DNA from: Candidatus Midichloria mitochondrii IricVA
GTDB taxonomy: Bacteria > Pseudomonadota > Alphaproteobacteria > Rickettsiales > Midichloriaceae
Length of the DNA: 32,000 bases
Direction: 5' to 3'
Assembly: GCF_000219355.1 (NCBI RefSeq)
Contig: NC_015722.1
Location: 480,001 to 512,000 of the forward strand
Position numbers and translations under genes: made by a program. Under the pieces are notes generated by a model. The model was not told the DNA's origin. It saw only the letters and a program-made list of their open reading frames with translations, and ran no database searches. Of the stretch, positions 1 through 10,647 are shown in pieces (within the stretch, counting starts at the first letter, position 1; every line of letters starts with the position of its first letter).

Positions 1-1097
<1,097 letters not shown>

Positions 1098-1213
1098 TTT
1101 AAAAAGGTTGAAATTCGGCCTGAATTAGCTGGAATCTCAAAAAACTACTATAGTAGTGTTGGCATTTTTGCAAGTTCTGTAACAGTAAAGACGTATATTT
1201 TTAAGTAAATGAA

Positions 1214-1461
1214 GAGTTGAAAAGCCTCCAGCAAGGTGTTAAGGGATGGGCAGCCTCGTTTGCTTTTTATACCATGTCTCATTTTTAACTTATCCAAACG
1301 CTTAGTTCGAAGCTCGGCTTTGCTCATGCTTGACACTTGCGTAGTCTGTCCTCCAAGCATTTGTTTAATTTAATCTCTGAGGGCTATGGGCCCAACCTCG
1401 TAAGCCTCGCTTACTAAGGGGCGAAAGGTAGGCTCTGTCTTTTCATTGCAAACTCGCTTTA
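1214..1461. repeat. Copy A of a dispersed non-coding repeat. It has the shared 5' terminus GAGTTGAAAAGCCTCCAGCAAG and the shared 3' terminus TTGCAAACTCGCTTTA, and carries about 105 bp of extra internal sequence compared with copy B.
   Basis: Direct comparison with 2733..2874: same termini, same order, same orientation. An internal hairpin at 1400..1414 (GTAAGC ctc GCTTAC) corresponds to the hairpin in copy B. Confidence 0.6.
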
Positions 1462-1772
1462 TCTATAGCTTTCTTGGGGTGGAATTACCATATATACCCA
1501 CTGTTCAGGTTAACGGAGATGTACCTCTCTACCTATGCTAGATAAAGGTCACTTCTCTAGAATAGTTGCTGGCACTTTGCTCCAGGGTGGTGGCCAAATT
1601 CTACTTGGTGTGCCAATTTAGCTAAAATTTTAATTTGAATAGAAGTGTGTAAGAAATGAGCGGCCGAGCTAGCCAAATTGCTCAGCTATACCTCTTTGCA
1701 CGAGAGATTTTTAGCATAGAGCATTGTGTTATTTCATCTATATGTTTTTTAAAGAGCGGGTGTGAATTACTG

Positions 1773-1865
1773 AACCCCAGTTCGAAGTAAGTTTTAAAGA
1801 AATTATCTGATATGGTTTTAAAAAAGCTGTGTAACCGTTAAATTTTTCTCAATTTCACGATAAAT
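1773..1865 (+). mobile_element. Solo left-end fragment of an IS982-family element (terminal inverted repeat plus leader). It is truncated just before the transposase start and abuts the right end of the next copy.
   Basis: About 92% identical by hand alignment to the reverse complement of 2497..2589 and to 9127..9219. It starts with AACCCCAGTTCGAAGTAAG and ends ...CAATTTCACGATAAAT. Confidence 0.6.
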
Positions 1866-2589
1866 AACCTCAGTTCGACGTAAGGAGTAGGCCCGTGAGC
1901 CTATTTCTTGGTTTTTGTTAGTTTTTTGCTTATATACCACCGATCTCCGAATAGAAGGCCTGTCAAATATTGAGTCAGTTTTTCGACAACGGCTCGATCA
2001 TCTGTATTACCCGAAGTCAGTGTGAATGACATAATCTCTCCTTGATCATTGAGGCCAAAGAACCATCCGGGTCGACGTTTTCCCACGCTGAGCGATGCCT
2101 TTAAGGATCTTATTACGGCTAATACATAAGTTATGACAAACCTTTTCCAGTTTTTTTGTTGAGTCAAGGTACCTGTTTGTTTCCCTTTGCAGCAATTCAG
2201 CAGAATGACCAACGGGATGACCACGTCTCGCATCCAGCTCAACAAAGCGATTGTAGCTGATAAGCTTCGGCAACTCCTCTCTGAGAGAGGTTTGAACACA
2301 GTTTAGGTAAAAATCTTTGATCCGGTAATGCCCTCAAATGAAACAAAACGAGGATCGTTATAACTTCGGAAAGCATCATCCCAGACTCTCGTTCCCTTTG
2401 TCTCTGCGAGTTTCTTAAGGATCTTTGGTACGTGAGTTGTTGCTTGCAAAAATCATCAATCAAACAAAATATTTCTACTAGGGAAACCACTTTCCTTATT
2501 TATCGTGAAATTGAGAAAAACTTAATGATTACACAGCTTCTTTAAAACCATATCAGATAATTTCTTTAAACTTACCTCAAACTGGGGTT
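1866..2589 (-). mobile_element. Degenerate IS982-family insertion sequence. The transposase is broken into at least 3 frames and the C-terminal catalytic region is deleted.
   Basis: About 19-bp terminal inverted repeats: AACCTCAGTTCGACGTAAG at 1866..1884 against CTTACCTCAAACTGGGGTT at 2571..2589. Minus-strand ORF fragments give VSLVEIFCLIDDFCKQ... (typical IS982 N-terminus) and ...GWFFGLNDQGEIMSFTLTSGNTDDR...LFGDRWYISKKL (DDE region). Confidence 0.8.
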
Positions 2590-2732
2590 ATATCAGCGCC
2601 TTTACAGCGCTCCCAAAATAACAGTTATAACGTTAGTTAATATATATCAACACTTATCTAGAGTATTTTTTTGTCAACCCAAGATAACAACAAGATGTTG
2701 AAATCTAAGACATTTTTTTATATACCTCTAGG

Positions 2733-2874
2733 GAGTTGAAAAGCCTCCAGCAAGATGTTGAGTGATGATCTGCTTGAAAAGGAAGGGTCGTTTGCTTTTT
2801 TGGCCTGCCTTGCAAGCTTCGCTTGCAAAGGGGCGGAAGGCGAGCCATACTTTTGCTGTTGCAAACTCGCTTTA
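2733..2874. repeat. Copy B (short form) of the same dispersed repeat as 1214..1461.
   Basis: Shares GAGTTGAAAAGCCTCCAGCAAG...CGTTTGCTTTTT...AAGGGGCG(A/G)AAGG...TTGCAAACTCGCTTTA with copy A. Hairpin at 2810..2828 (TTGCAAGC ttc GCTTGCAA). Confidence 0.6.
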
Positions 2875-3067
2875 GTTCAATCATTCGAGTTAAAGAAGTA
2901 TATAACACTACGCAATCCCCCTTTCTGCACCCATTTGAATATATCCTCTACATATAGAAAGAGTACGGAACTCTAAAGTCTCTAATGCCAGGAAGTGTCC
3001 CTATGTAGGCTTTCTATACTGCTTTAGATATACTTTAACTTGAAGAGGAGTCACTCATTTTAGAGAG

Positions 3068-5317
3068 CTAGTCTACAATCTCCCTTTTACCAGCGTGGTT
3101 AGGGGCACTTACCAGTCCTTCTTTCTCCATCCTTTCAATAATATTAGCTGCTCTATTATAGCCAAGACGTAAGCATCTTTGGATATAACTCGTACTAGCT
3201 TTACGGTTGCGCATCACTATTTCAACTGCCTGGCGATACAGATCATCATCTCCGCTATCCTCAATCATAGTAACATTTTGTTCTTCCTCGTCTGCGGTGA
3301 TCTCTTCTATATATTCCGGCTCACCTTGCTCTTTCCAAAACTTGACTATATTTTCTACTTCTTTGTCATCGACAAAAGGGCCGTGTACCCTTTCTATTCT
3401 ACCACCTGGCATCATGTATAACATATCACCCATACCCAGTAGCTGTTCCGCTCCCTGTTCCCCTAGTATCGTTCTGCTATCTATTTTTGAAGTGACTTGA
3501 AAACTAATTCTTGTTGGGAAATTAGCTTTAATAACACCTGTTATTACATCAACCGAAGGCCTTTGAGTTGCCATTATTATGTGTATTCCAGCAGCTCTTG
3601 CCATTTGTGCTAATCTTTGGATATAAGATTCAATATCTTTACCTGCAACAAGCATTAGATCAGCCATTTCGTCAACTATAACAACAATATACGGCAATTC
3701 TTTATTCTCCATGGCAATTCTTTCAAAGATTGGCTTACCAGTACTTCTGTCAAACCCAGTTTGAATATTTTTGGTAAGAGCCTGTCCAGACTCTGCTGCT
3801 TCTATAATAGCTCTATTATATCCTCCAATATTTCTTACTCCCAAAGTTGACATGGCTCTGTATCTTTCCTCCATTTCTTTTACCACCCACTTTAAAGCTA
3901 CTACTGCTTTTTTAGGATCAGTAACTACAGGCGATAATAGATGAGGAATTCCTTCATATACGGAAAGCTCAAGCATCTTAGGGTCTATCATAACGAATTT
4001 GCAGGTCTCTGGCGTGTACCTGTACAATAGTGATAAAATCATAGTATTAATAGCCACGGACTTACCTGAACCAGTAGTACCCGCTACAAGCAAGTGTGGC
4101 ATTTTAGCTAAGTCTGCAATAACAGGAGCGCCAGAGATATTCTTACCTAGTATCAACGGTAATTGAGATTGGCTGTCCCTATAAGGTCTTGATTCTAGCA
4201 TTTCTCTTAAATAAACGGTTTCCCTTTTCTGGTTGGGTAACTCTATACCAATAGCATTTTTCCCAGGAATAACCGATATCCTAGCCGATATGGCTTTCAT
4301 TGATCTTGCAATATCATCAGATAGACCTATCACTCTTGCTGATTTAGTTCCAGCTGCTGGTTCAAATTCATATAAAGTTACAACTGGGCCAGGACTTACC
4401 TCAAGCAGGTCAGCATTGATGCCAAAATCTTTTAAGACTTGAGAAAGCTCTATTCCATTAGCAGCTAAATTTTCCTTGCTGATATTAGATTTATGAGAAG
4501 CAGGAATTGCTTTCAGTACATCAATTGGAGGCAGAGTAAATTTGGTATTAATTTTTTTGCCTTTGTAAAAATCCTCAAATTCTTTTTCCTCAATCTTTTG
4601 CTCATTTTTTGCAGTAGTTTTCAGTTTATCTAACAAATTACTCTTTTTAACAGGGCGCACAATTTCCTCAAAATGCTCTTCCTTAGAGACCGCAATTTTT
4701 CCTTTTCGCCGCAATAACCTAGATAGCTTTTTAAATACTTTTGTTCCTTTCCTCAAAATAAATTTTATAAGATAATTAGTTGCTCTGATTGATACATACA
4801 ATAATTCTTTCCATTCATTAATTTCTAACCCAACCGAAGCTAAAATTCCTACCAAACTTATTCCTAATAATCCAGTTAACGCTACTCTTTTAGGGATGAG
4901 CTGGGTCGATTCGGTAGCTATAAAATCTCCTATAAAACCACTAAATTTTAAGGAATTTAAGCCAACACATGTAACGAACAAATTTAAAGCCCCACAAAGC
5001 GCAGGAAGGGTAAACAGCAAAACCGAGGCTCTAATTAGCAAATATTCAGGGAAGCAGTTATTCAGTAACCTAAAAGATAGAATAGATAAAAAAGCTAAAG
5101 GATAAAAAACAGCGTAACCTATTGATTGCAAAACTATATCGGCAATATCAGCTCCCCATCTTCCACCTAAGTTTGTCACGTGGTTATTATTAAGGTGCAA
5201 TACCGTAGGATCACTGGAATTAAATGTAATAATAGAAATTAATGAAAAAACATTAAAAACTAAAAGCGCTATACCACATATTTTAAGTAAAATTTTTTTA
5301 GTAGCTAACAATAACAT
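3068..5317 (-). CDS. ftsK: DNA translocase FtsK
   Basis: N-terminal membrane segments, Walker A VAGTTGSGKSVAIN, Walker B IVVIVDEMADLM, and a C-terminal gamma winged-helix (YRQAVEIVMRNRKASTSYIQRCLRLGYNRAANIIERME). Its start codon abuts the stop of the upstream gene (TAGATG). Confidence 0.97.
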   Translation of the reverse strand: MLLLATKKILLKICGIALLVFNVFSLISIITFNSSDPTVLHLNNNHVTNLGGRWGADIADIVLQSIGYAVFYPLAFLSILSFRLLNNCFPEYLLIRASVLLFTLPALCGALNLFVTCVGLNSLKFSGFIGDFIATESTQLIPKRVALTGLLGISLVGILASVGLEINEWKELLYVSIRATNYLIKFILRKGTKVFKKLSRLLRRKGKIAVSKEEHFEEIVRPVKKSNLLDKLKTTAKNEQKIEEKEFEDFYKGKKINTKFTLPPIDVLKAIPASHKSNISKENLAANGIELSQVLKDFGINADLLEVSPGPVVTLYEFEPAAGTKSARVIGLSDDIARSMKAISARISVIPGKNAIGIELPNQKRETVYLREMLESRPYRDSQSQLPLILGKNISGAPVIADLAKMPHLLVAGTTGSGKSVAINTMILSLLYRYTPETCKFVMIDPKMLELSVYEGIPHLLSPVVTDPKKAVVALKWVVKEMEERYRAMSTLGVRNIGGYNRAIIEAAESGQALTKNIQTGFDRSTGKPIFERIAMENKELPYIVVIVDEMADLMLVAGKDIESYIQRLAQMARAAGIHIIMATQRPSVDVITGVIKANFPTRISFQVTSKIDSRTILGEQGAEQLLGMGDMLYMMPGGRIERVHGPFVDDKEVENIVKFWKEQGEPEYIEEITADEEEQNVTMIEDSGDDDLYRQAVEIVMRNRKASTSYIQRCLRLGYNRAANIIERMEKEGLVSAPNHAGKREIVD

Positions 5318-6574
5318 CTATTTTTCTAACTCGTATTTTTTGATTTTTTGTTGCAATAACTTAATTGAAACACCGAGCGCAGTTGCAGCCTTTCCACTAT
5401 CCTTGCCGTAAACTTCCATGGCTCTTAAAATAGCATTTTTTTCAGTATTTTCTAGTGTTTCTATTTTTTCTGGCTCTTTTATTTTTAAGTGCGCGACTTC
5501 TATTTTATCAGTGGGAGATATGAGTAAAGCTCTATGAATACAGTTCTCGAGCTCTCTAATATTTCCAGGCCAGTTGTATTCTTTCATTTTCTCTAATGCA
5601 TTTATACTAATGTCCTTCGGACTGATAGCATTGATTTTCGCATATTTCTTTATAAAATGAGTGGCAAGTAATTCTATATCTATTATTCTTTCCTTGAGGC
5701 TAGGTAAACCAATATTTATTACGTTTAATCTGTGAAATAAATCTTCTCTAAAATTGCCTTTTTTTATCTCGTATTCTAAATCTCTATTTGAGGTAGCAAT
5801 GATCCTTGTATCTAGTTTAATAGGAGTATTGGAGCCTATTCTAATCACTTCTTTCTCCTGCAGGACTCTTAAAAGCTTTGCTTGTAACTTTAGGTCCATT
5901 TCGCTAATTTCGTCTAGTAGGATGGTAGACTGATTTGCTTCTTCAAATTTACCGATTCTACGCTCGGAAGCTCCAGTAAATGCACCTTTTTCATGACCAA
6001 ACATTTCTGATTCTAAAAGATTTTCTGGGATTGCCGCGCAATTTACTGCAATCATATCATGCTTATTTCGTTTGCTATGCTTATGAATAAAACATGCCAT
6101 TACTTCTTTTCCAGTGCCAGAAGCGCCGGTAATCAAAACATTCGCTTCAGATGGAGCCACTCTTTTTGCAATATCAAGGACTTCTTCCATTGCAGTAGAA
6201 TTAAAAATCATCTCATTTTTTAAGTCTTTTTTAGAGATATTTTCTAAAATTGCCGCTATCAATTCTTCATCAGGCGGAAGTGGCATATAATCAACTGCAC
6301 CCGCTTCTATTGCCTTTACTGCAATCTCTGGATTATCTCCAATACCGCAACATATTACTGAAGAAGCAATATGCTGTGCTCTTAATTCTCTTAATAATCC
6401 GCTGATATCAATTTCTTCGGAAGCCATAATTATTTCTACACTCTTTCCAGAATATAGTGTATTCAAAGCACTAGTCACATCAGCTGCATGTAGCACTTTT
6501 GCTCCTTTTATTGTAGCTATTTTAGTCGCAGGAATCAACTGCCCATTTAAGTTGCCTATGATCATAATGCGCAT
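5318..6574 (-). CDS. flbD: Sigma-54-dependent transcriptional activator with a degenerate receiver domain, FlbD-like (flagellar regulator type).
   Basis: AAA+ core has Walker A GASGTGKE, the GAFTGA motif (FGHEKGAFTGA) and Walker B ILLDEISEM, followed by a C-terminal HTH. The N-terminus MRIMIIGNLNGQL and the YMPLPPDEELIAAI block resemble my recollection of Caulobacter FlbD. There is no acidic DD pocket, and Ser sits at the expected phospho-acceptor position (IIMAS). Confidence 0.8.
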   Translation of the reverse strand: MRIMIIGNLNGQLIPATKIATIKGAKVLHAADVTSALNTLYSGKSVEIIMASEEIDISGLLRELRAQHIASSVICCGIGDNPEIAVKAIEAGAVDYMPLPPDEELIAAILENISKKDLKNEMIFNSTAMEEVLDIAKRVAPSEANVLITGASGTGKEVMACFIHKHSKRNKHDMIAVNCAAIPENLLESEMFGHEKGAFTGASERRIGKFEEANQSTILLDEISEMDLKLQAKLLRVLQEKEVIRIGSNTPIKLDTRIIATSNRDLEYEIKKGNFREDLFHRLNVINIGLPSLKERIIDIELLATHFIKKYAKINAISPKDISINALEKMKEYNWPGNIRELENCIHRALLISPTDKIEVAHLKIKEPEKIETLENTEKNAILRAMEVYGKDSGKAATALGVSIKLLQQKIKKYELEK

Positions 6575-6723
6575 AAATCAGGTAATATATATATAACCAA
6601 TCCAAGATTATATTATTGGCTAAAGGCTAATTAAGCAACCAGTATAGCGCGAATCTCAAGGCTATTATTTACACCTAAGCTATAATGGCTTTTTAAATAA
6701 TATAATTTAGATAAGTGACAAGT

Positions 6724-6811
6724 GCCTCTGTGGCGGAATGGTAGACGCGACAGACTCAAAATCTGTTGCCCTTTGGGGGGTGTGCTGGTTCGAGTCCTGC
6801 CAGAGGCACCA
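6724..6811 (+). tRNA. tRNA-Leu (anticodon CAA), type II with a long variable arm and an encoded 3' CCA.
   Basis: Hand-folded. Acceptor GCCTCTG/CAGAGGC. D-arm TGGCGGAATGGTAGACGCG, as in bacterial tRNA-Leu. Anticodon stem ACAGA/TCTGT with loop CTCAAAA. T-loop GGTTCGAGTCC, with one U-U mismatch in the T stem. Discriminator A followed by CCA. Confidence 0.92.
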
Positions 6812-6943
6812 ATTCGGTATCTCCCTTCAAGCCCTTATTATACTATATAAAGATTAGCCGCAGTTTTAGCATGCCAAGACTAGAACCCTCTCTACCTTAA
6901 GGCCCTAATAATTTACGCTTTAATATATGCCGATTATAATACG

Positions 6944-8673
6944 ATGTTAAAAAAGGCCCTTGGGAACTTAATTGCTAATATAACAGTTGCTATAAAACGT
7001 TTTCCTCTACCCGTTGCTATTTAGCGTGTTCTTTTGCGTCATATCTATCGGTAAATTCGCTTGACCCTAAGTTAAAGGCAACTTGTCTCACTATCCTATT
7101 TTGTGGGGGTTTTTGGTTTATTGCATTAAAGTTATTTGCAGAAAGCAAGAGTTGGCGGAGTGCGTATTACAACATGGCGGAACGGCTATATTTCTTATTA
7201 TGGCATGGCATCTTTACACAGCGCTAGATGCCTTAATTCCATTTATTTTCTTAGGATCAGGATTAATTCCTAAGTATTTTTATAGCACCTTTTCTCAGCA
7301 AGCAGGCCTCCAACACACAGATATGGGTATTCAATTACCATCTCTGGAGTCGTATTTGCTTTACGGTTTTAGCTGCTATTGTGCTACACCTCGGGCTTGC
7401 AGCAATTATTGCAAGCCTAGGTTTTCTTTTTGGAGTAAAATTTTATAGAGCGATTTATGAAGACGTTTGGCTAGTAGTGGTAACTCTTTTTTTGCCTATC
7501 TCAGCGATGGCAGGTATTACACAGCAATTTGATACCATAGAAGAACCTTATCCAAAAGCTATTAGGATCATCCTGTCTCATATTACTCCACTGTTATTGC
7601 TGATTTACGCAGTAATTCTTTATTGCTACGCTATAAAAATCCCTATCACCTGGGGGATTTGCCAAAAGGCGGGGGTAGCCTACCTAGTATCGGCTTTCGG
7701 CCGCGCTGGAGTCGTTGCATATTAATAAGCTCCTTTTTTGCACCGTAATCAAGGGATCATTAGTTTATTTAGTCGTCACTTCTTTAAGGTACTATTTAGT
7801 ACCATTAGTCCTACTCGCTGTCGGTATTGGAGTACGTACACACAAATATGGAGTAACGGAGGGACGCTATGCTATTTTACTATGTCTCACATGGCCTGCA
7901 GCATCCGCTTTCTTTGTACTAATAAAACCCCGTATCCCAAGCACCAAAATTTGTAAGCATCATTGTTCTTTTTGATGTAGCCTCATTTGGTCCCTGGGGA
8001 GCTGTTAATATCTCAACTTATAGCCAATTGCATCGATTGAAATCAATTTTGGAAAAGAATCAAGCACTGATAAAAATCAGATACATAATCCTACGAAGGC
8101 TTTAAGCCGGGCGTACCATATCAGTATCAGCTCTATTATGGACTATATCGTCCGCACCGAAAAAATTGCCCTTATAAAACCTTGGTTTGCTGAGTTTTCG
8201 AATGCGCATGTCCACCAAGTCCAGAGAAATCATAACGCAAGAACTATTGTGCAAGATATGGGCATTGAGTATATACCAGTCTATAAGCGCAATGTAAATG
8301 ATGAGAATTATGATTTTCGCTTCAATAAGGGGGGAGGAGCCAAGCTTACATTGAAATCTCTGGATATGATTATCTAGTTAACGTAGATAGCTATACTATA
8401 GGAGGGTCTGGTTTTATTAGGGATATTACGTTAGATAATGCTGGAATAAAATTAGCTGTAAAATTGGGACCCTCTACTAATCTGTATGTGGTACAAATAA
8501 ATACAAATGAAAGCGTTACATTTGAGCTCGAAGATTTAATTGAGAAATTGAACACAACTACAAATAACGCTAATAGTATCGAGAAGTTTATTATGGAGAA
8601 GGAATCTACTACTCTAACAATCCAGTCAATGCTAAAACAACGATTTCATCTATTGATACTATGCTTTTGTTAA
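6944..8673 (+). pseudogene. Multi-pass membrane protein, probably DUF4153-type, broken by many frameshifts and stops.
   Basis: Overlapping ORF fragments in all three + frames (7083..7448, 7381..7725, 7715..7975, 8138..8377, 8464..8673) read as one hydrophobic protein. Blocks include RFPLPVAI, LPISAMAGITQQFD, ILYCYAIKIP and KYGVTEGRYAILL. The family assignment is from memory only. Confidence 0.5.
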
Positions 8674-8833
8674 AGAAAAAATAGTTAGTATATAGCTCAT
8701 AAAGCTCTGCTGTAAGCTTACTGAAGTAGATTTAAGATGACAGACTTTTAAGCCAGAGTAATAGAGTCAGAGAGAATCTAACCCCTTCTTTGAAAAAAGA
8801 AAATGCAGGCTAAAAAATTTTTTAAAAGTAAAT

Positions 8834-9126
8834 AACCTCAGTTTGACGTAAGGAGTAGGGCCCGTGAGCCTATTTTTCCTGAGATATATTGGGTTTGAAG
8901 ACATAAGCCAAGAGCCCTGAGAAAGAGGTCTGCCAAGAAATTGTTTGGCAAGCAATGCCGTGGTGTGCTGGATTTGTCAAATCTCTTTCAATTGTCCGAT
9001 GGCTGTTTCAATCAATCTACGCCCTGCAAGAAGCAGTTGTTTAAAAGCCGCAAGCGGGTTTTGTTTTTCATGCTTTTCTTAAGCCGTGTGATGAGCTCAA
9101 TACCTTGATTGCTCAGTGTTTTTGTT
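8834..9126 (-). mobile_element. 3' half of an IS982-family element: right terminal repeat plus the C-terminal half of the transposase, with a frameshift and stop.
   Basis: Starts with AACCTCAGTTTGACGTAAG. The minus-strand translation gives LSNQGIELITRLKKSMKNK..., (R)LIETAIGQLKEICQIQHT and ...FLADLFLRALGLCLQT. The stretch 8834..8950 is the inverted copy of 9632..9747. Confidence 0.7.
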
Positions 9127-9747
9127 AACCCTAGTTTGAGGTAAGTTTTAAAGAAATTACCTGATATGGTTTCAAAGAAGCTGTGTAACCATTAAGTTTT
9201 TCTCAATTTCACGACAAATAAGAAAAGTGGTTCCTCTAGAGAAATATCTTGTTTGATTGATGATTTTTGCAAGCAACAACTCACGTACCAAAGATCCTTA
9301 AGAAACTCGCAGAGACAAAGGAAACGATGAGCATCCAGGGTGATGCTTTCCGAAGTTATAACGATCCTCGTTTTGTTTCATTTGGGGGGCATTACCGGAT
9401 TCAAAGATTTTTACCTAAACTGTGTTTAAATCTCTCTCAGAGAGGAATTGCCAAAGCTTGTCAGCTACAATCGCTTTGTTGAGCTGATGCAAGGTGCGGT
9501 CATCTCGTTGATCATTCTGCTGAATTGCTGCAAAGGGAAACAAACAGGTACGTTGGACTCAACAAAAGCTGGAAGGTTTGTCATAACTTACGTATTAGCC
9601 GTAATAAGGTCTTTAAAGGCATCGCCCGCCAAACAATTTCTTGGCCAAAACCTCTTTTTCTCAGGGCTCTTGGCTTATGTCTTCAAACCCAATATATCTC
9701 ATGGAAAAATAGGACCACGGGCCTACTCCTTACGTCGAACTGAGGTT
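9127..9747 (+). mobile_element. IS982-family element with both terminal repeats but an internal deletion and frameshifts, so the transposase is non-functional.
   Basis: Left repeat AACCCTAGTTTGAGGTAAG at 9127, right repeat CTTACGTCGAACTGAGGTT at 9729..9747. Transposase fragments include ...LIDDFCKQQLTYQ..., ...NCCKGKQTG... and a C-terminal ...NLFFSGLLAYVFKP. At about 620 bp it is well short of the roughly 1 kb typical for this family. Confidence 0.8.
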
Positions 9748-9905
9748 ATGACTAATATGGGAGAATACTTAAACAGCTTAAATGCCGGCGAAATCAAATC
9801 CACTGGGTGGGGTAAGACTAGCTATGATATATAAATCTTAAGCATTATGAACTGAATGATGAATATAAGTAACCCTTAAGAAAGGATCAAAATAGACTGC
9901 TGGTA

Positions 9906-10643
9906 TTATTTAATCATAATAGCGGATACCTGATTCCCATACTTTACGGCACGGCCACTTTTGGTATTATGATAAGCTCTTCTGTAACTAAAAAATAATT
10001 GGGAATTAGAATAAGTATCTACCTCTAAGTCATTCGCATTAACTCCCAGATCCTTTAGCATGCTTGAGCAGTATCCAGGTAGATCGAACTGATAATGTCC
10101 TTTTTTATGGCTACCGGTGAAGAACTTTAAGGACTTTGAATTGATTTTTATAGCATTTTGATAAAAATCTTGATCAACTTCATAATTTTGTGCCCTAATG
10201 CAAGGTCCAATCACTGCATATATATGTTTAGCACCTAACTGGGTCATTTGTTCAATGGTTTTTTCGATAACGCCTGCAAATGCTCCTCTCCAACCAGCGT
10301 GACTGGCCCCTATTATACTATTTTCTGGATCACAAAGGAGAATTGGTACACAATCGGCAGTTCTTATGGCAAGCGAAACTTGGGGCAGGCTTGTTACAAG
10401 GGCATCTGCTTCGACGTGGTTGCAAATTTGAGTTGGGGTTTCGATAGCAATTACCTTATTTGAGTGTATTTGCCTTAAGAATTTTACATTGTAATTGAAG
10501 TCCTTGCTAATTTTTGCTTGATTTGAGGTGGCATTATGGTCTAGGGAAGTTGATTCTGCTAGATTTGCTTCACCTAGCTTAGAAAAGAAGCCATGTTGAA
10601 TAGATTTAATTTGATTAAACAAAGAAGAAGTTAAAACCAGCAT
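9906..10643 (-). CDS. pgeF: Peptidoglycan editing factor PgeF (YfiH, laccase-domain protein).
   Basis: Family motifs QIHSNKV, EADALVT, RTADCVPILL and SHAGWRG. Confidence 0.85.
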   Translation of the reverse strand: MLVLTSSLFNQIKSIQHGFFSKLGEANLAESTSLDHNATSNQAKISKDFNYNVKFLRQIHSNKVIAIETPTQICNHVEADALVTSLPQVSLAIRTADCVPILLCDPENSIIGASHAGWRGAFAGVIEKTIEQMTQLGAKHIYAVIGPCIRAQNYEVDQDFYQNAIKINSKSLKFFTGSHKKGHYQFDLPGYCSSMLKDLGVNANDLEVDTYSNSQLFFSYRRAYHNTKSGRAVKYGNQVSAIMIK

Positions 10644-10647
10644 AATT

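Noticed and set aside
1148-1360. 70-aa minus-strand ORF downstream of rpoC. Likewise 2705..2908 (-) and 2755..2976 (+).
   Set aside because: They lie inside the two copies of the non-coding repeat, and the two copies do not preserve any reading frame. They are more likely chance ORFs in repeat sequence.
1570-1580. TGGCAC...TTGC, resembling a sigma-54 -24/-12 promoter. This would be relevant given the FlbD-like activator.
   Set aside because: The GG-to-GC spacing is about 4 nt too short for a -24/-12 element, and no gene lies downstream.
1773-2589. Interpreting the element as a single IS with 94-bp terminal inverted repeats.
   Set aside because: A 19-bp right terminus shared with the copies at 8834 and 9729..9747 lies at 1866..1884. 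The outer arm is therefore better explained as a separate truncated left end.
3179-5105. Plus-strand ORFs inside ftsK (3179..3421, 3207..3500, 4233..4442, 4896..5105).
   Set aside because: They are antisense to a strongly supported ftsK frame. Their translations are low-complexity with no recognisable motifs, as expected for shadow ORFs.
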